In this document: positions 13,421 through 27,014 of the stretch, in pieces
Layout of the letters: every line of letters begins with the position of its first letter
Numbering within the stretch: the stretch's first letter is position 1
NCBI RefSeq assembly: GCF_004010195.1
Contig: NC_057760.1
Span: 1,951,422 to 2,015,421, forward strand
Origin: Chiloscyllium plagiosum
Taxonomy: Eukaryota
Length of the DNA: 64,000 nt
Reading direction: 5' to 3'
The notes under the pieces: model-generated
Seen by the model: the letters and a program-made list of their open reading frames with translations, nothing else
The model's database searches: none
What the model was told of the DNA's origin: nothing
Translations under genes and position numbers: made by a program

Positions 13421-14662
13421 TCAGCACAGTCTCAGCAAACCCTAACATTTCAACAGTATACCCTTGAAGGTTCTACCAAGAGACTGATTCGATTGAACTC
13501 AAACTGATAAAAATGCATCAGTCATTATGTTTTCTCATCCTCGGGTCACACAGCAATGGCATCAACTGTGACCATGTTAAATAGCCACAACCAGAGTAAG
13601 TGCCAAAAACAATCTCCACTCTTAGAATCAGTGAAAATTTATTAAACTTTATTTCTTTTGTTTTAAAGATGCTCCCTATGCATTCTTTATTGCTTTCTCC
13701 TGATGCTCTGACATTTTGCCAAAGTAAAGTTAATCAGACTTTCCCTTACCTGACTAAAGCACTATCCTTCATGACTCAACAGGCTATTTGACTACGGAAC
13801 TTACAACAGACAGGATACGGTCATCCACACACAACCTTGCGAGCAGAAGTCACTGGACAGGAGCCCTGACAGATTTCCGTTTGCTCGCTCAAACATGGGG
13901 GCTAAGGAAACATTAATCAGGATTGAGAACCCTGGGTGATTCCAACCCCCAAACACCACACACAAAACACTCTCTCTCTCTCTCTCTCAAACATAGAGTT
14001 ACTGGGCAGTGATCAGGATCAGGAACCCTGGCTGATTTCTCTCTCTTGCTGTGGTCACAGATATCACAATAAACCTGGTTTCTCCCCAGCCTCTCTTTCA
14101 AAGTCACATGCTGTAACTGAAGTGTCCCCAAAACATTCATTTGGCTGGGATCGGTTAAGTTGGTGCAGATTACAAATGTGGTCTCAGCAACCTCATGAAC
14201 ATTTCAACTGATTCTTCCACAGTAGTTCAGATTGGTTGAGGACTCACGTTGAAAACATTACTTCCCATGCTCCTTCCCAATAGAAGAACCTGTTTCACTG
14301 CCCATCTATATAATCTAAGAATTGGGGACATATGACAGTGAGCTGGGCTTGATCACTCCCCCAAAGACTGCTCTAGCAGTCCTCATGAAATTGCAGTCCA
14401 GAGAAAGGTTACAGTAAATAAAAGCTAAAATTAAAAGCCTCAAGGAATAGCCTTGTTTTCTGGTCATTTGTAATTCAAAAAATCCTTAATACTTGGGTAC
14501 AGGCAGTAATACAGTATTGAGCAGGTGTGCATGGGGCTGCTGAACGCACTGGGCCACATGATGCTGTTAGAGCTTACAGTGCAAAACCGGCTAAATCCAT
14601 TTCACATTAAATTATTATTTACACTCCACAGATTACGGAAATGATTTGTCACTTAAAAGCAC

Positions 14663-15649
14663 AAAATTTAAACAAAAACAACTTTGACTGTTCCGGTACA
14701 AGAGGCATTCTTAAAGGACTGGCTAGTATTTATATTTGGATTCACTTCACCCTCCCAGACCTCAACATTTCTGGCTTTGCTAACAGGTTCCTTGCAATAA
14801 ATCAACTCTAAACTCTTGAGTTTTGCTCCTGTACAAGTTAATACCACAAGGTTGAAGAATGGAGGTGATGGAGCAGATGACCCATAGCCTGTGCAACGTG
14901 GAAAGCAAAACTTGGCACGACATAGGGTCGGGCAGAAAAAACAAAGAGAAGATGATAAGAGAGGGGCAGTCTGGAGATACTCGTCACAAGCAACTTGTGA
15001 TGTGTATCTTCAATAGTTAAAACATTTGGTGTGTTGCTAATTGTACAGATGCAATATTTAACTTGCTTGAACCTCCAATGCATTTGGTTAGCCAAAGTAA
15101 CTCCAATGCTTTAATCCTAATTCAGCACTCTTTGCATCATTTATCTCCTGAAGAAATGAGAGACAAAGAGTGATATTTTTTCACAAGGGTTCTAATTGTG
15201 ATTAGTTTTCAGAAACCTGCAACTTAACACTGTTTCTGCCTCTCATTTTACTGCTAAGGCTTGGGGGACACCAGTGAGCCTGAAATATCTTACAAAGATG
15301 GTTAGACTCATGACGAAAGGACAAATCAAGCAAGGCAGCACTGTTAACACTCCAAGGTGGGCTTTCAAAAGAAGTCATACAGCTGGTAAAACACCCACCC
15401 AAATTCATTGCAACTGGAAACCTGGGAGACATAGGAACAGGAGTACACAATTCGGGCCTTCGAGCCTACTCTGCCATTCGATAAAATTTAAAAAAAAACA
15501 ACTTTGACTGTTCCTGTACAAGAGGCATTCTTAAAGGACTGGCTAGTATTTATATTTGGATTCACTTCACCCTCCCAGACCTCAACATTTCTGGCTTTGC
15601 CAATAGATTCCTTGTAATAAATCAATGCTAAACTCTTTTGAGTTTTGCT
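14663..15649 (+). repeat. Local ~165-bp direct duplication (14663-14827 / 15483-15649)
   Basis: caactttgactgttcc(g/t)gtacaagaggcattcttaaaggactggctag...gagttttgct is present twice. Confidence 0.9.
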
Positions 15650-17159
15650 GATCATTCTATTCAGTCCCCTGTTCCCACTTGCTCCCATTACTCTTTTGTT
15701 CCCTTTTGCCCTGAGAACTATATCCAACTCCTTCCTGTAAACACTCAATGGCCTCAACCACTTTCTGTGGCAGAGAATTCCACGGGCAATTTCTATACAG
15801 CCCTCAATAATCTTGCCAGAAAGTGGAGAAGCCAGGCTACTCTTTCTGACCGTACCACAAACAGGGAATGCATGGAGAAGGATATAGGAAAACATTTTGG
15901 AAGTGGAATCTGAGATGTGTGAATGGAACAATTTAGAGGGAGATTTAATCTTTATCTAGCCTACATTATACTGCGTTTAGGGAGTGTCAAGGACAACGTA
16001 GGCAGCGTTTTACATTCAGTTTCAATGCCCTGTCCTGGAAGAGCTGATGCTTAAAACTGAAAGTAATCTAACATCCAGCACCAAAACTCCATCCTTTTGC
16101 AGAGAGGTAAGCAGAAATTGAAGGTTACAAAGAATGGTAGGTTTAGAAGGGACCTTGATCATAACACAAAAAAATGTACATCTTACTTTCTCTCACAGTT
16201 TGTTTAAGATTGATGTTTCTACTTATAGTTATTTTAAAAGCAAAAAAAGTCTATTGTGCAGCAAGCTGTCAGCTGCCTCAACAATCTTCTCAAAAAGAAT
16301 GTGAAACAAGCAGACACCAAACGCATGTATAAGTATTGCACTAACCTCTAGGGTCCTCATTTATCAAACCATGTAGGCTACAAAACTCCCTACCTGAAGG
16401 TGAATTGTTTTCAGATTTATGTAGTTGGACACAAGCCTCTTTAAAAAAAATTACATTAGATACAGCAAATACACAGAACAAACTGAGTAACAAGCCAAGT
16501 TATTGAAGGAATTCAGCCCATCATGCCTGTGCCGATTTTACCAGCAGAGTCAAAAACCAATCCTCACTGCTCTGCTTTTCTTCCTATCCCTGTATCTTTC
16601 TCCTTTTCAATTATGCATTCAATTTTTCATTACCTCTGCCACTGGCAGAAACAGTTTCACCCTGGTTTATAAAATATATTGTAAGAATTAATTGATGGTT
16701 CCAGCAAAATTTGGCACAGAATGATACAGTCCACACCAGAACCGATGGTTTTTAAGTAAAGGTTAGTATCTGGATCTTGGGGTTTCCTTCAAGGACCCAT
16801 TAACACTGGGAGATGGGACAAACTGCTTCAGGGGTTTGGGTTCTCAGCTGCCACGGTGGAATTTGTCACAGTTCACACAATGGGAGCAGAGTTTTCAGAG
16901 CAAGTTGTTGGATGTGGAATGGCTCAAAGCCATTCTGAACAGAGGTGGAAGCTCTTAAAAAGATTTTTTTTTTTGCCATTCCCCCAGCTGTGTTGTTATG
17001 AAGCAGGAAAATGTCTGCAGGACGAGCTGAATAATTGTAAGAACATGAAGTTAAAACAGTGTGGCAAGGATAGGCATTCCACCAAGTGGCCTCTTCACTT
17101 CTTAAGAGATACAATGGCAGCTGCTTCTCTCTTTTAATAAAGTACATCACACTCTAACA

Positions 17160-17358
17160 GAAACCAAAAGAACTGCAGATGCAGCAAATTAGAAACAAAA
17201 AAAACCAGAAGCTGTTGGAAAAGCTCAGTATGTCTGGCAGCACCTGTGAAGAGAAATCAGAGTTAGCGTTTCAGGTCCGGTGACCCTACCTCAGAACTGT
17301 GGTTAATTATGATTTCTCTTCACAGATGCTGAGCTTTTTCAGCTACTTCTGTTTTGCT
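17160..17358. mobile_element. Older fold-back Penelope-type element in ADAR intron 8
   Basis: Inverted arms; minus-strand CTGAGGT-AG-GGTC-ACCG-GACC-T-GAAA-CGCT, a degenerate hammerhead core. Confidence 0.55.
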
Positions 17359-17929
17359 TCATGCTCAAACAGACCTGTGTTTAGAAACTTCTGCACATTT
17401 TCCCCCCCTCACTTTTAATGAGGATTTAAAATTAATGACATCTCGTCACTGACCTTACAACCAGAAGGAATAGTTTCTCCCTACTTCTTTTAAGACACTT
17501 CATAACTTTAACAGCTTCAATTTAACCTAATATTGCCTTCTCTGCTTTGGGAGAAATAATCTCACGATCATAAGTTTTTCTTGGAACTACAATTCTCACA
17601 CCTCTGGCACCAGCCTGGTCAATCTAATCTGTATGTTTTGATGGCCCTTTATCTGATGTTGAGTTCAAAACGGAGACCTTGTTTCGTATAAATCTATAAT
17701 CATTTTTTTCCACCCTTGCACTCTATCAGGACATTTTAAAGAGGGAGAGATTTCAAAAAAGCTGGTCATATGTTTTTGTGAGACTTGTTACCACACAGAG
17801 TGGTGTGGCGAGGTAACACATTTAGGTACGAAGAACGTGGAAGTCACTTTGAACTCAGAAGGTGCAAGTCTAGGGCGGAGTGGACAAAGAAAGGGATTAC
17901 AGAGAACAAACACATCAATCACTACAATA

Positions 17930-19690
17930 GCACACCTCAGGTTAGCATGGCTAAGCATTTGTTTTGACTTCTGCAAGGACAGAACTGAAAAGGAAGTTAT
18001 GCTGAACCTATATCAAACCCTAGTTGGAGTGTTTCGTGCAGTTCTGGATACACAGACACAGGGAAGGGTGAAGAGAAGATTACAAGGACAATTCCAAGGA
18101 CGTGAGAGTATACGTATCTGGGAAGGACTTACTGGGTGAGCCTCTTTCCTGCTGAAAGAAAGTCAAAGGGGGACCTAGTGGAGATCTTTAAAGTGATGGA
18201 AGGTTTCAATACAGTGGGTACACACAGCATAAAGCACAGAGCAGCATAAATCATACAGCAGCATAAACACAGGCTATTGAAATAAGACACAAAGAAACCT
18301 AATGTGGCATTCAGAAGAAATTCATTTACCCAGAGGGTGGTAAGAACTTGGAACTCACTAGCACAGGGAGTGGTTGAAGTGAATCCAAATAGATGAATTT
18401 CGGGACAAGGGACAAGCTATAGGAAAGATGTTGCTGGGGTTGAGCTATAGGGAGAGGCTGAATAGGCTGGGGCTGCTTTCCATAGACCACTGGAGGATGA
18501 GAAGTGACCTTATTCAGGTTTATAAAATCATGAGGGGCATGGACAGGGTGAATAGTCAAGGTCTTTTCCCCTGTTTCTTTTAGGGGGAAGGGGTAGACTC
18601 CAAAATTTAGAGGGGGCATAGGTTTAAGGTGAGAAGGAAAAAACTTATAAGGGACCTGAGGGGCAAATTTTTCACACTGAGGGTGGTGTGAGCTGCCAGA
18701 AGTGATGGAGGCTGGTACAATTACCACATTTAAAAGACATCTGGATGGGTACATGTATAGGAAGGGTTTAGAGGGATATGGGCCGGGTGCTGGCAAATGG
18801 GACTAGATTAATTTAGGATATCTGGTCAGCATGGATGAGTAGGACCGAAGGGTTTGCTTCCGTGCTGTACATCTCTCTGACTCTAAGCACAGGGAGAAGA
18901 GTGGTTAAGGTAGTAGATCCAGAGGAAAAAAGATGAGAGAAGGCTTGAGTGGGAGATATAACCTGACAAAGTTGTTGGGTCAAAGAGTGTTTTTCTGTGC
19001 CATTGATCCTATACAATGTTATCAATTGCAAAAGGTTAGTATGCAGATATAGCTAGTAATTCGGAAAAGTGAATATGGTTTTCAGTTCCCCTCACAATAA
19101 TAACAACAAAGTAGGGAGGTTATCTTTCAGTTATAGATGAAGCTACATCTGAAGTACTGCACATGGTTTGGTCTCCTTATTTAATTAAGGACATAAACAC
19201 GAAGGAAGGAGCTTAGACTAATACCTGGAATGGCCAGGTTGTGTTATGAGGAAAAGGTGGACAGACTAGGCTTGTATCCGCCAGAGTTTGCAAGACTGAG
19301 CAGCGACATGGCTGAAAGAAAGATCCTGAGGGGCTTTGACAACGTGGACATGGAAAATAAAGGTTTCCTCCTTCGGGTGAATCCAAGGCCATTTAAGATA
19401 AAACTGAAGCAAATGTTTACTTGCTGAGAGAGTAGCAAGTCTTTGGGACTCTGTCCTTAAAAAGGCAGTGGGATTCAATTTCTTTCTCTAAATATTCCCG
19501 AAGACAGAGGTGGTTAGCCTCTTCCTAAGCAAAAGGGGACGGAAGATTAATGGAGTGTGGGTGGGTGGGGGTGGGGGTGGGGGTTGGAAGAGAGACAGGA
19601 ATGTAGAGTTGTCAACTGAAGGTCAGCCATGTTGTTGTTAAATACCAGAGCAAACTGGAATGGCCTGATCCTGCTCCAAAATTGTATGTT
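17930..19690 (+). mobile_element. Nested CR1 3' fragments (younger copy 18430-18885)
   Basis: CR1 C-terminal coding and 3' UTR sequence ending ctctctgactcta. Confidence 0.75.
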
Positions 19691-19775
19691 TGCAATCCTG
19701 TGGGAAGCTCCATGCGGTAGGCCCTCATGATTGGCTATAGCAGGCGCACAGCCACCCCAACCCCGTGATGCGTAC

Positions 19776-19947
19776 CTGTGCCCAGGCTGACGGTGGTCCC
19801 CAGATCATCATCGCCTTTTTTCATGATGATGGCTGCCAGGATCTTTCGACCCAGCAAACTGTGCTGGATCCGTGCAGTCAAATTGTTGAAGCACTGGTGG
19901 CTGAGCATGGCAATCTGATCATGCATTGTACCCCCGGACACAGGCAG
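19776..19947 (-). CDS. ADAR: ADAR1 exon 8 (start of deaminase domain)
   Basis: [42 protein letters not shown]...VSLGTG; cag acceptor after a (CT)n tract, G|gtacgc donor. Confidence 0.95.
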
Positions 19948-20879
19948 CTGCAGAAACAAGAGAGAGAGAGACAGAGACAGAGAGAGAGAGAATTACTCAG
20001 CGGTGGGAGCAGGAGACTGCTGAGATTAAGCACAGCTCATCTCTTCACAGGCAATTTAACCCTCAGTTACATTATCAGCAAATATTGTTCCTTTGTTGCT
20101 TACTGTACTGCAACGTGGCACCATTTCCACTGACACAGCCCATCGCCTCCACACGGTACCCCAGTTACCATGGCAGCAAAGACAAACTATACTTTGCAAA
20201 ACAACTCCACTCAGCAGCCAAACATTTCCCACGTTACGAGGTTGAACTCGCTCGCCCGCCCACAGTTTTCCCTCTATTCAGCTGAGGCTGCTGACTCAGG
20301 CCAGAGTGCAGCTTTTATTCACAGTTCATTCTCGGGATGTGGGTGTTGCTGGGAAGGCTGACATTTATTGCTCATGCCTTTGAGGTGCTGGTGGCAAGCC
20401 AACTTCTTGAACTCCTTGCAACCCACACCACAGGTGCTCCCACATCGATGGCAGTCAGGAATTTTGACCCAAAACATCCTAACAGGAATGGCTAGGTCAG
20501 GGCGATGTGTTTGGCATGGGAGGTAAATCTGGAGGTGATGGCGTCCCTGTTACTCCTGCCTTTTGAGGTGGTGGTGGATGGATGGGTGGGTGGTTTTGGG
20601 AGGTAAAAGGAGATTGCCCATTCAATTTCTTCCATATTATGTTTAGCAGTTGCAAGACTGCAGCGAGCAGCGTGGGGCACTTCACTGTAGTACACAATGC
20701 TAGCCCTGGGCCAGGTTCTCTCTCTTTCTCCCATAAGCATGCAGGAGTATGCCAGATCTGATCAGGAATAGGTAAGCTGCAACCGCTTTTCTCTCTCTCT
20801 GGCACAGAGGCTGGATGTATTGAATCTCCAGCTACAGGTCTGCAACCAGTTACACAATTCGACCCCAACATGCTGTGTT

Positions 20880-21568
20880 AAAGAGTCATACAGCACAGAA
20901 ACAGATCCTTTGGTCTAACTAGTCCATGCCAACCAAGTTTCCCAAACTAAACTAGTCCCACTTGTCACCTTTTATCCCACATCCCTCTAAACATTTCCTA
21001 TTCATGAACCTGTCCAAATGTCTTTTAAATGCTGTAACTATACCTGCGTCTACCACTTCCTCTGGCGGTTCACTCCGTATACGCACCACCCTCTGAGAAA
21101 AGGTTGCCCCTCAGGTCCCTTTTAAATCTTTCTTTTCTCACCTTAAAAATAAGCCCTCTAGTTTTGAACCCCCCCCACCCTAGGGAAACCACCATTGCTA
21201 TCCACCTTATTTATGCCCCTCATGATCTCATAAACCTCTCTAAGATCACCCCCTCAACCTCCTATGGTCTAGTGAAAAGGTCCCCGCCCATCCTTATAAC
21301 TCAAAGCCACCAGTCCTGGCAACATCCTGGATAAATCTTTTCTGAACCCTCTCCAGTTTAATAATATCCTTCCTATGACAAGGCCACCAGAAACTGCACA
21401 CAGAATTCCAGAAGAGGCCTCAATATCCTGTACAATCTCAACATGACATCCCAACTCCTATACTCAAAAGGTCTCAGCAATAAAGGTAAGCTTGCTAAAT
21501 ATCTTCACCACCCTGATTATTGTGTCACAGCTTTCAAAGAACTATGTACCTGCACTCCGAGGTCTCTT
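20880..21568 (-). mobile_element. CR1 3' fragment abutting the exon 7 donor
   Basis: RDLGVQVHSSLK motif next to exon 7; CR1 3' UTR near 20880. Confidence 0.85.
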
Positions 21569-21585
21569 ACTTTAGAAGAGCCTAC

Positions 21586-21739
21586 CTCTGAAGGAAACTC
21601 TCCGGTCCGAGCTGCCTTCTCACCCTCGCCAATGAGGACACGAAGGGCAGCATCCGCTGCCTCCTGCTTCGCCTGTTTTTTGCTGCTGGAGCTCACTGGA
21701 GGGAACCAGCGACCTCCAACCTTCGCCTGGTAGGTAAAC
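21586..21739 (-). CDS. ADAR: ADAR1 exon 7 (dsRBD3 C-terminal half)
   Basis: FTYQAKVGGRWFPPVSSSSKKQAKQEAADAALRVLIGE; tag|G acceptor, GAG|gtaggc donor. Confidence 0.93.
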
Positions 21740-21929
21740 CTACACCAAAATAAAAGCAAGAAAAATAATGTTAATCTTTCTTAAGTCAGCACAGAATATT
21801 GAGAGTACCATTAAATGATAGCACATGTTTCTCTCCCAGCTTTGTGCTCAAGCATCATCATGACAGGCATTTGCTAACAAGTGGTAACTTGTGCACGAGG
21901 TCAACGGGCTAATGGAGGCATGAGTAGGC

Positions 21930-22500
21930 TCCCTAATCCAGAGCAGGGATGTTAGGCTATAAACTGTATAAAGTCGTGGTTAGGTCACAACCCAAGAATG
22001 AGAGTCCAGTTCTGAAATCCACATTATAGCAAGGATGTGATTGCATTGGACAGGGTGCCAAAGAGTTTTACCAAGATGTTGCCTGGGGTTGGAGAGAGAT
22101 TGAGTAGACTGGGGTTGTTAACCTTGAAGACAGAGGGAGTGTCATAAAATTATATGGGGCATGTATAGGGTAGACAAGAAGGAAGGTTGCTTGTTGTGGA
22201 GTGATCAATGAACAGGGGATATAGATTAAAAGTGAGGGGCAGGAGGTTGAGAGGGGAACGAGGAAATGCTTTTTCACTCACAGGGCATTGGGAATCTAGA
22301 ACTCATTGTCTGTAAGGGTGAGAGGAACAGAAACCGTATAACATTTAAGTAGCATTTAGACATGCACTTGTGATGCCAAGATATACAAGGTTATGGACCT
22401 AGTGCTGGGAAATGGGATGACAGTACGCAGGGCTTGTTTTTTGACTGGCACAGCTGTGATGGGCCAAAGAGCCTTTTTCTACGCTATAGACCTCTCTGAC
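21930..22500 (+). mobile_element. CR1 3' fragment
   Basis: cattatagcaaggatgtgattgcattggacagggtgc...ctctgactc. Confidence 0.75.
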
Positions 22501-24089
22501 TCCGTGATGGCAGGGGTAATTGCGAACCCAATCAAGCACAAAATTGAAAAGCTATGACATCCAGGAAAGACTGACAAGACTGGGTCCTTTTCCCCTAGAA
22601 AGGAGAAGATTAAGGAATGATTGGACAGAAAATAAACAGGTTTAACAGGATGAGGGTGAAAAAAAAAGGGTACTTGCACCTGTGACTTAAACCAGAATTG
22701 GCGCCACAAGTGTAAGGGGATCACTCATAAATTCAAGTCATTCAGAGAATTCAGGAGTGTTGAGAACATGGAAGGAGTGGTTAAAAGGGAAAACAGATAC
22801 AATTAAGAGATAGCTACATACATGAATGAGGGGGAAAGGAATGGGAGGTCATGTTAATAGCATCATGAACAAACAGAGAAGGCAGGCTTAGAAACTGCAA
22901 ATATTACTTGCTTCTTGAAAGCAAAACCTTTCACACAGAGGGCTGCTATGACTTAAAACTCACTGCTTGCAATCAGATTGGTTATAGGAAGCAAAACTGG
23001 GGTGTGACATTCGACTGTTTGCTCTTCAAAGAGCCAGAAAAATAGGCTCCTCCTGTGATCCAGGTTTCTGTGACTCCTCCTGACAAAAGCTCAAGACAAT
23101 ATGCTAACAGCAGGAACCTCAACTATGTCAAACAGCGATTTTAAAAGAGCAAAGATCAGATTCTTTTCATCCCTCACACCTTAAGGTTAGTCTCTGTGTC
23201 ATATTGCTGACATATTTACTGAAATAGGACCAAAACCCTACGTGGTGCACCGTATCAAGCAAACGGTTTGGTCATGAGGCTCATTTAGTAAATGCACACC
23301 ACTGGATTGGTAAGCTCTCACACTTCAGTACTGTGCAATGCTCTTAAATTTATCACCTTAAAATGCTCCCCTCACAAATAAGCAAACCTGTCGTTGTTTC
23401 ATTGCAGGTGTTACAAGGTTTAAAAAGCTCTCGCCCAGGCACAATCCAATTTCAGAAGGATGGAATTTATAACTAATTAACGTGTGTTTGTTTAAAAGCA
23501 AAAGTCTAGTTCATCAGCACAGAAATTCCACAGGCTGAGAGTCACTTCATTGAAAGTTCAGCGGAAAACTAAAGATCGCTGGCAGAGGAGAGATTTACGA
23601 GAATAGCACCCGGGAGGGTAAGATTTCAATCACTATGAAAAGGTTGGAGAAGTTGGGATTGTTTTCAGAGTCAGACAGCACAGAAACAGACCCTTCTGTC
23701 CAACGCATCCATGCCGATCAGATTTCTTAAATTAATCGAGCCCTGTGTGCCAGCATTTGGCCCATTGCCCTCTGAACCCTTCCTATTCATTTACCAACCC
23801 AGATGCCTTTTAAATGTTGCAACTGTACCTTCGGAACAGAGAAGGTTACAGTGAGATGTAACAGTGGTGTTAAAAAAAACCCTTGTAGAGTCATCAGTGG
23901 AGAAACTATTCCCATTGCTGGGAGGATCAGGGGAGACAGATTTCAGATAATGGGCAAAAATCCAGGTTCTGTTGATTTTTTAAAAAAAGATGCATTGAGC
24001 TACTATGATTTGGCGTGCTTCGTGCTCCGCCTGAAAGCAGTGGGGGTAGCAATTTCAACAACCACTTTGAAAGAGAGGGAGGTACCAAC

Positions 24090-24298
24090 CTGGGATCATG
24101 TGGCGGCCCTGACTGGTCAATCATCTTCAGCTCGGCTGCAAATCCCTTTGAGCGTGCGTATTCCAGGAGCCCTCCAATAGGGTTCTTGTTCAGGTAGGTG
24201 ATCAGCTCCCCCAGGCCAGCTGCGTGGGCAGCCTCCAGGTCCATCGATGACAGGGATGGAATGGAGCTTTGAGAATTCTCTGTGTTTGTGTCTGAGGG
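24090..24298 (-). CDS. ADAR: ADAR1 exon 6 (dsRBD3 N-terminal half)
   Basis: [41 protein letters not shown]; phase-0 tag acceptor, AG|gttggt donor. Confidence 0.94.
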
Positions 24299-25049
24299 CT
24301 AACACAGAGAAAAGAAAGTTACCAGTGACACTGAGTGGAACAGTTCAATAGGAAGAAGGTGGGAGCCTGAAAGATAAACAGAAGCGAATTCTGAGGATCC
24401 ATGCCTGGAGCATTTCAGTCAAATAAATTTTCGTGGGATTCTCTTTTCAAACAAGACCTTGAAAGTATAACTGAATGAATTGATGGGACCTCAGGTTAAC
24501 TACAATGTTAACACAGATTATGCTATGGTGCAGCTTGACCTCAACCTCGCAGAGGTGGAATTATTACCGACGCAGCTGATGCACAGTTACGTAGTGCACA
24601 GAAAGCTTCGTTGCCCAAGTAAAGGGTTCAGTGAAAGAACAGACCTGCAGGCTGTCCTTCTCCCCAACAGCGGATCAGTGCAGAGTACCAATGTGACGTA
24701 TTCTCGTACAAGTGATGAAGTAACCACTTTGGAAAAGACAGCACAGGGAAGAAGAATTTCAGAAAAAGGCAGCATGAGGATTACTGAAGGAGAACATTAG
24801 CTTCTGGCAATGACCCTTCAGCAGGTCGAATGCCTGAAGCCTCAAGACTGTTTGAAAATCAGCGCGTGACATTGCTTAGTACTACAGCAGCCTCGGGAAA
24901 TTCTAGGGAGCAAACGGAACATGTGGACTTTACACTGGTCACTTCTGTACTCCATGTACTCCTCTTGGATTTCCCTTAGCACCACACCCACACCATCATC
25001 ATTGGTGTCAGAATAGTCAACGCTGCAGCCATGTGGGTCCACAGCTTAC

Positions 25050-25185
25050 CTTGGAATGAAAGGGGGGAGAATTTCCCAAGAGATTGACAACAGCCGCCTT
25101 TGCCGCTAACATCTTGGCCAGCTTCTTGCTGTTAGCTGTTGCTGTCGGGAAGGTCTCATTGCCCAGCTTAACCATGATGGTGAAT
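25050..25185 (-). CDS. ADAR: ADAR1 exon 5 (dsRBD2 C-terminal half)
   Basis: FTIMVKLGNETFPTATANSKKLAKMLAA; tag|A acceptor, AAG|gtaagc donor. Confidence 0.94.
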
Positions 25186-25723
25186 CTATAGAGAAGGAGA
25201 GCATCAAGACTGGTTACAGAGTGCAGCAAAACAGGTCATACTGGAAACAAATGGCTTATTACAATATACACTCAGGTAGCCTTAATCTATGGGGACCCAA
25301 ATATCCCTTCAGGATTTACTATAAAGAAATAATTGAGTTTCTCTGAAGGTTAGAATTCACCACTTTAATGTCAGGAGTTAAATTCACACATGTATGTTAC
25401 TGGGCATGTGATTAACAACTGGTCTGATGCCAAACCAGTTCACTCATCAGCTCCACAGTAATATCAGAATGGTCTCTTTTCCAATGAGCCAGAAGGTTGT
25501 GGAACAGTCCCTCTTTGAAGACTCAAACACAAATCCAGACCGACCCTCGTGGTGTGGTATTGAGGGAGTGTTGCACAATTGGATCAAGATTTGGATAAGA
25601 ATTTAACCAGAGAGCCCATCCAAATTTTTACAAATTTCATTCACAGGAACTGAGTGTTGTTGGGTGGCCAACATTTATTGCCCAGTCTAGTTGGCCTTGA
25701 GATGGTGGTGGTAAACTGCCATC

Positions 25724-26040
25724 TTAGATTAGATTAGATTACATTACAGTGTGGAAACAGGCCCTTCGGCCCAACAAGTCCACACTGACCCGCCGAAGCG
25801 TAACCCACCCATACCCCTACATTTACCCCTTACCTAACACTACAGGCAATTTAGCATGGCCAATTCACCTGGGCTGCACATCTTTGGACTGTGGGAGGAA
25901 ACCGGAGCACCCGGAGGAAACCCACGCAGACACGGGGAGAATGTGCAAACTCCACACAGTCAGTCGCCTGAGGCGGGAATTGAACCTGGGTCTCTGGCGC
26001 TGTGAGGCAGCAGTGCTAACCACTGTGCCACCGTGCCGCC
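25724..26040 (-). mobile_element. HE1-like tRNA-derived V-SINE
   Basis: GGCGGCACGGTGGCACAGTGGTTAGC A box, GGTTCAATTCC B box, V-domain and (TAATC)n tail. Confidence 0.88.
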
Positions 26041-26794
26041 CACATCTTGAACCACTGCAGTTAATGCTGTGGGTAGAGATTTCAAGATTTTGACCCATTG
26101 TCAGTGAAGGAAGGGTGAAATATTTCCAAGGATGATAAGCAGCTTGGAGAAGAATTTGAAGACAGTGATGTTACCATGCACCTGCTGCCCTAGTTCCTAG
26201 AGATGAAAACAGCTTGGAAGGTGCTGTCCAAGGAGCCTTGGTGAGTTTCTGCAGTGCATCTTGATGATGGTACACACTGCTGTTAGACAGTATTGATGTG
26301 GGGGAAGTGCATGTTTGTGGATGTGGCGTCAATCAAGTGGCTGCTTGTCCTGACGGTGTCAAGTTTCTGGAGTGCGGTTGGCACTGCCCCCATCCAGGCA
26401 AGTGGGAAGCATTCTACCACCCTCCTGACTTGTACCTTGTTAATGGTGGACAAGCTTTGTGGAGTCAGGGGCGAGTTACTTGCTGCAGGATGACCTGCTG
26501 CTGTAGCCTCTTGTATTTATGGCTAGTCCAGTTCAGTTTCTGATCAATGGTGATCTCTAGGATGTTGACAGTTGGCAATACCACTGCTGAACCCCATTGA
26601 ATGTCAAGGGTTGATTATGAGATTCTCTCTCTTGTTGGAGATGGTCAATAATGTCTCACAGATCCAAGCAATGTTACTTGCCATTTTTCAGACAAGCCTG
26701 GATATCGTCCAGGTCTTGCTATATTTGGACATGGCTGATTCAAAATCTGAGGAGTAATGTGCAATCATTGGTGAACATTTCTACCTCCAACCAT

Positions 26795-27014
26795 GCTTGC
26801 TAACCACCTGACGCCTGGAGGAAGAATGTCTCATCTTATGCCTTGGGAACCACATGGCATCAATGTGGATTTCAACAGTTCCCTCTTTTGCCACCGCTCC
26901 CCCCGCCCCACCTTATCCCAGAACCAACCTTCCAACTCAGCACCGCCCTCATGACCTGTCCATTTTCTTTCCCATCTATCTGCTCCACCCTCCTCTCTGA
27001 CCTATCTCCATCTA
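26795..27014 (+). mobile_element. Penelope-like element fragment (GIY-YIG C-terminus and 3' region), left half of the R2 host repeat
   Basis: Encodes RLEEECLILCLG..HGINVDF, resembling the PLE endonuclease C-terminus; the repeat resumes at 31088. Confidence 0.65.
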
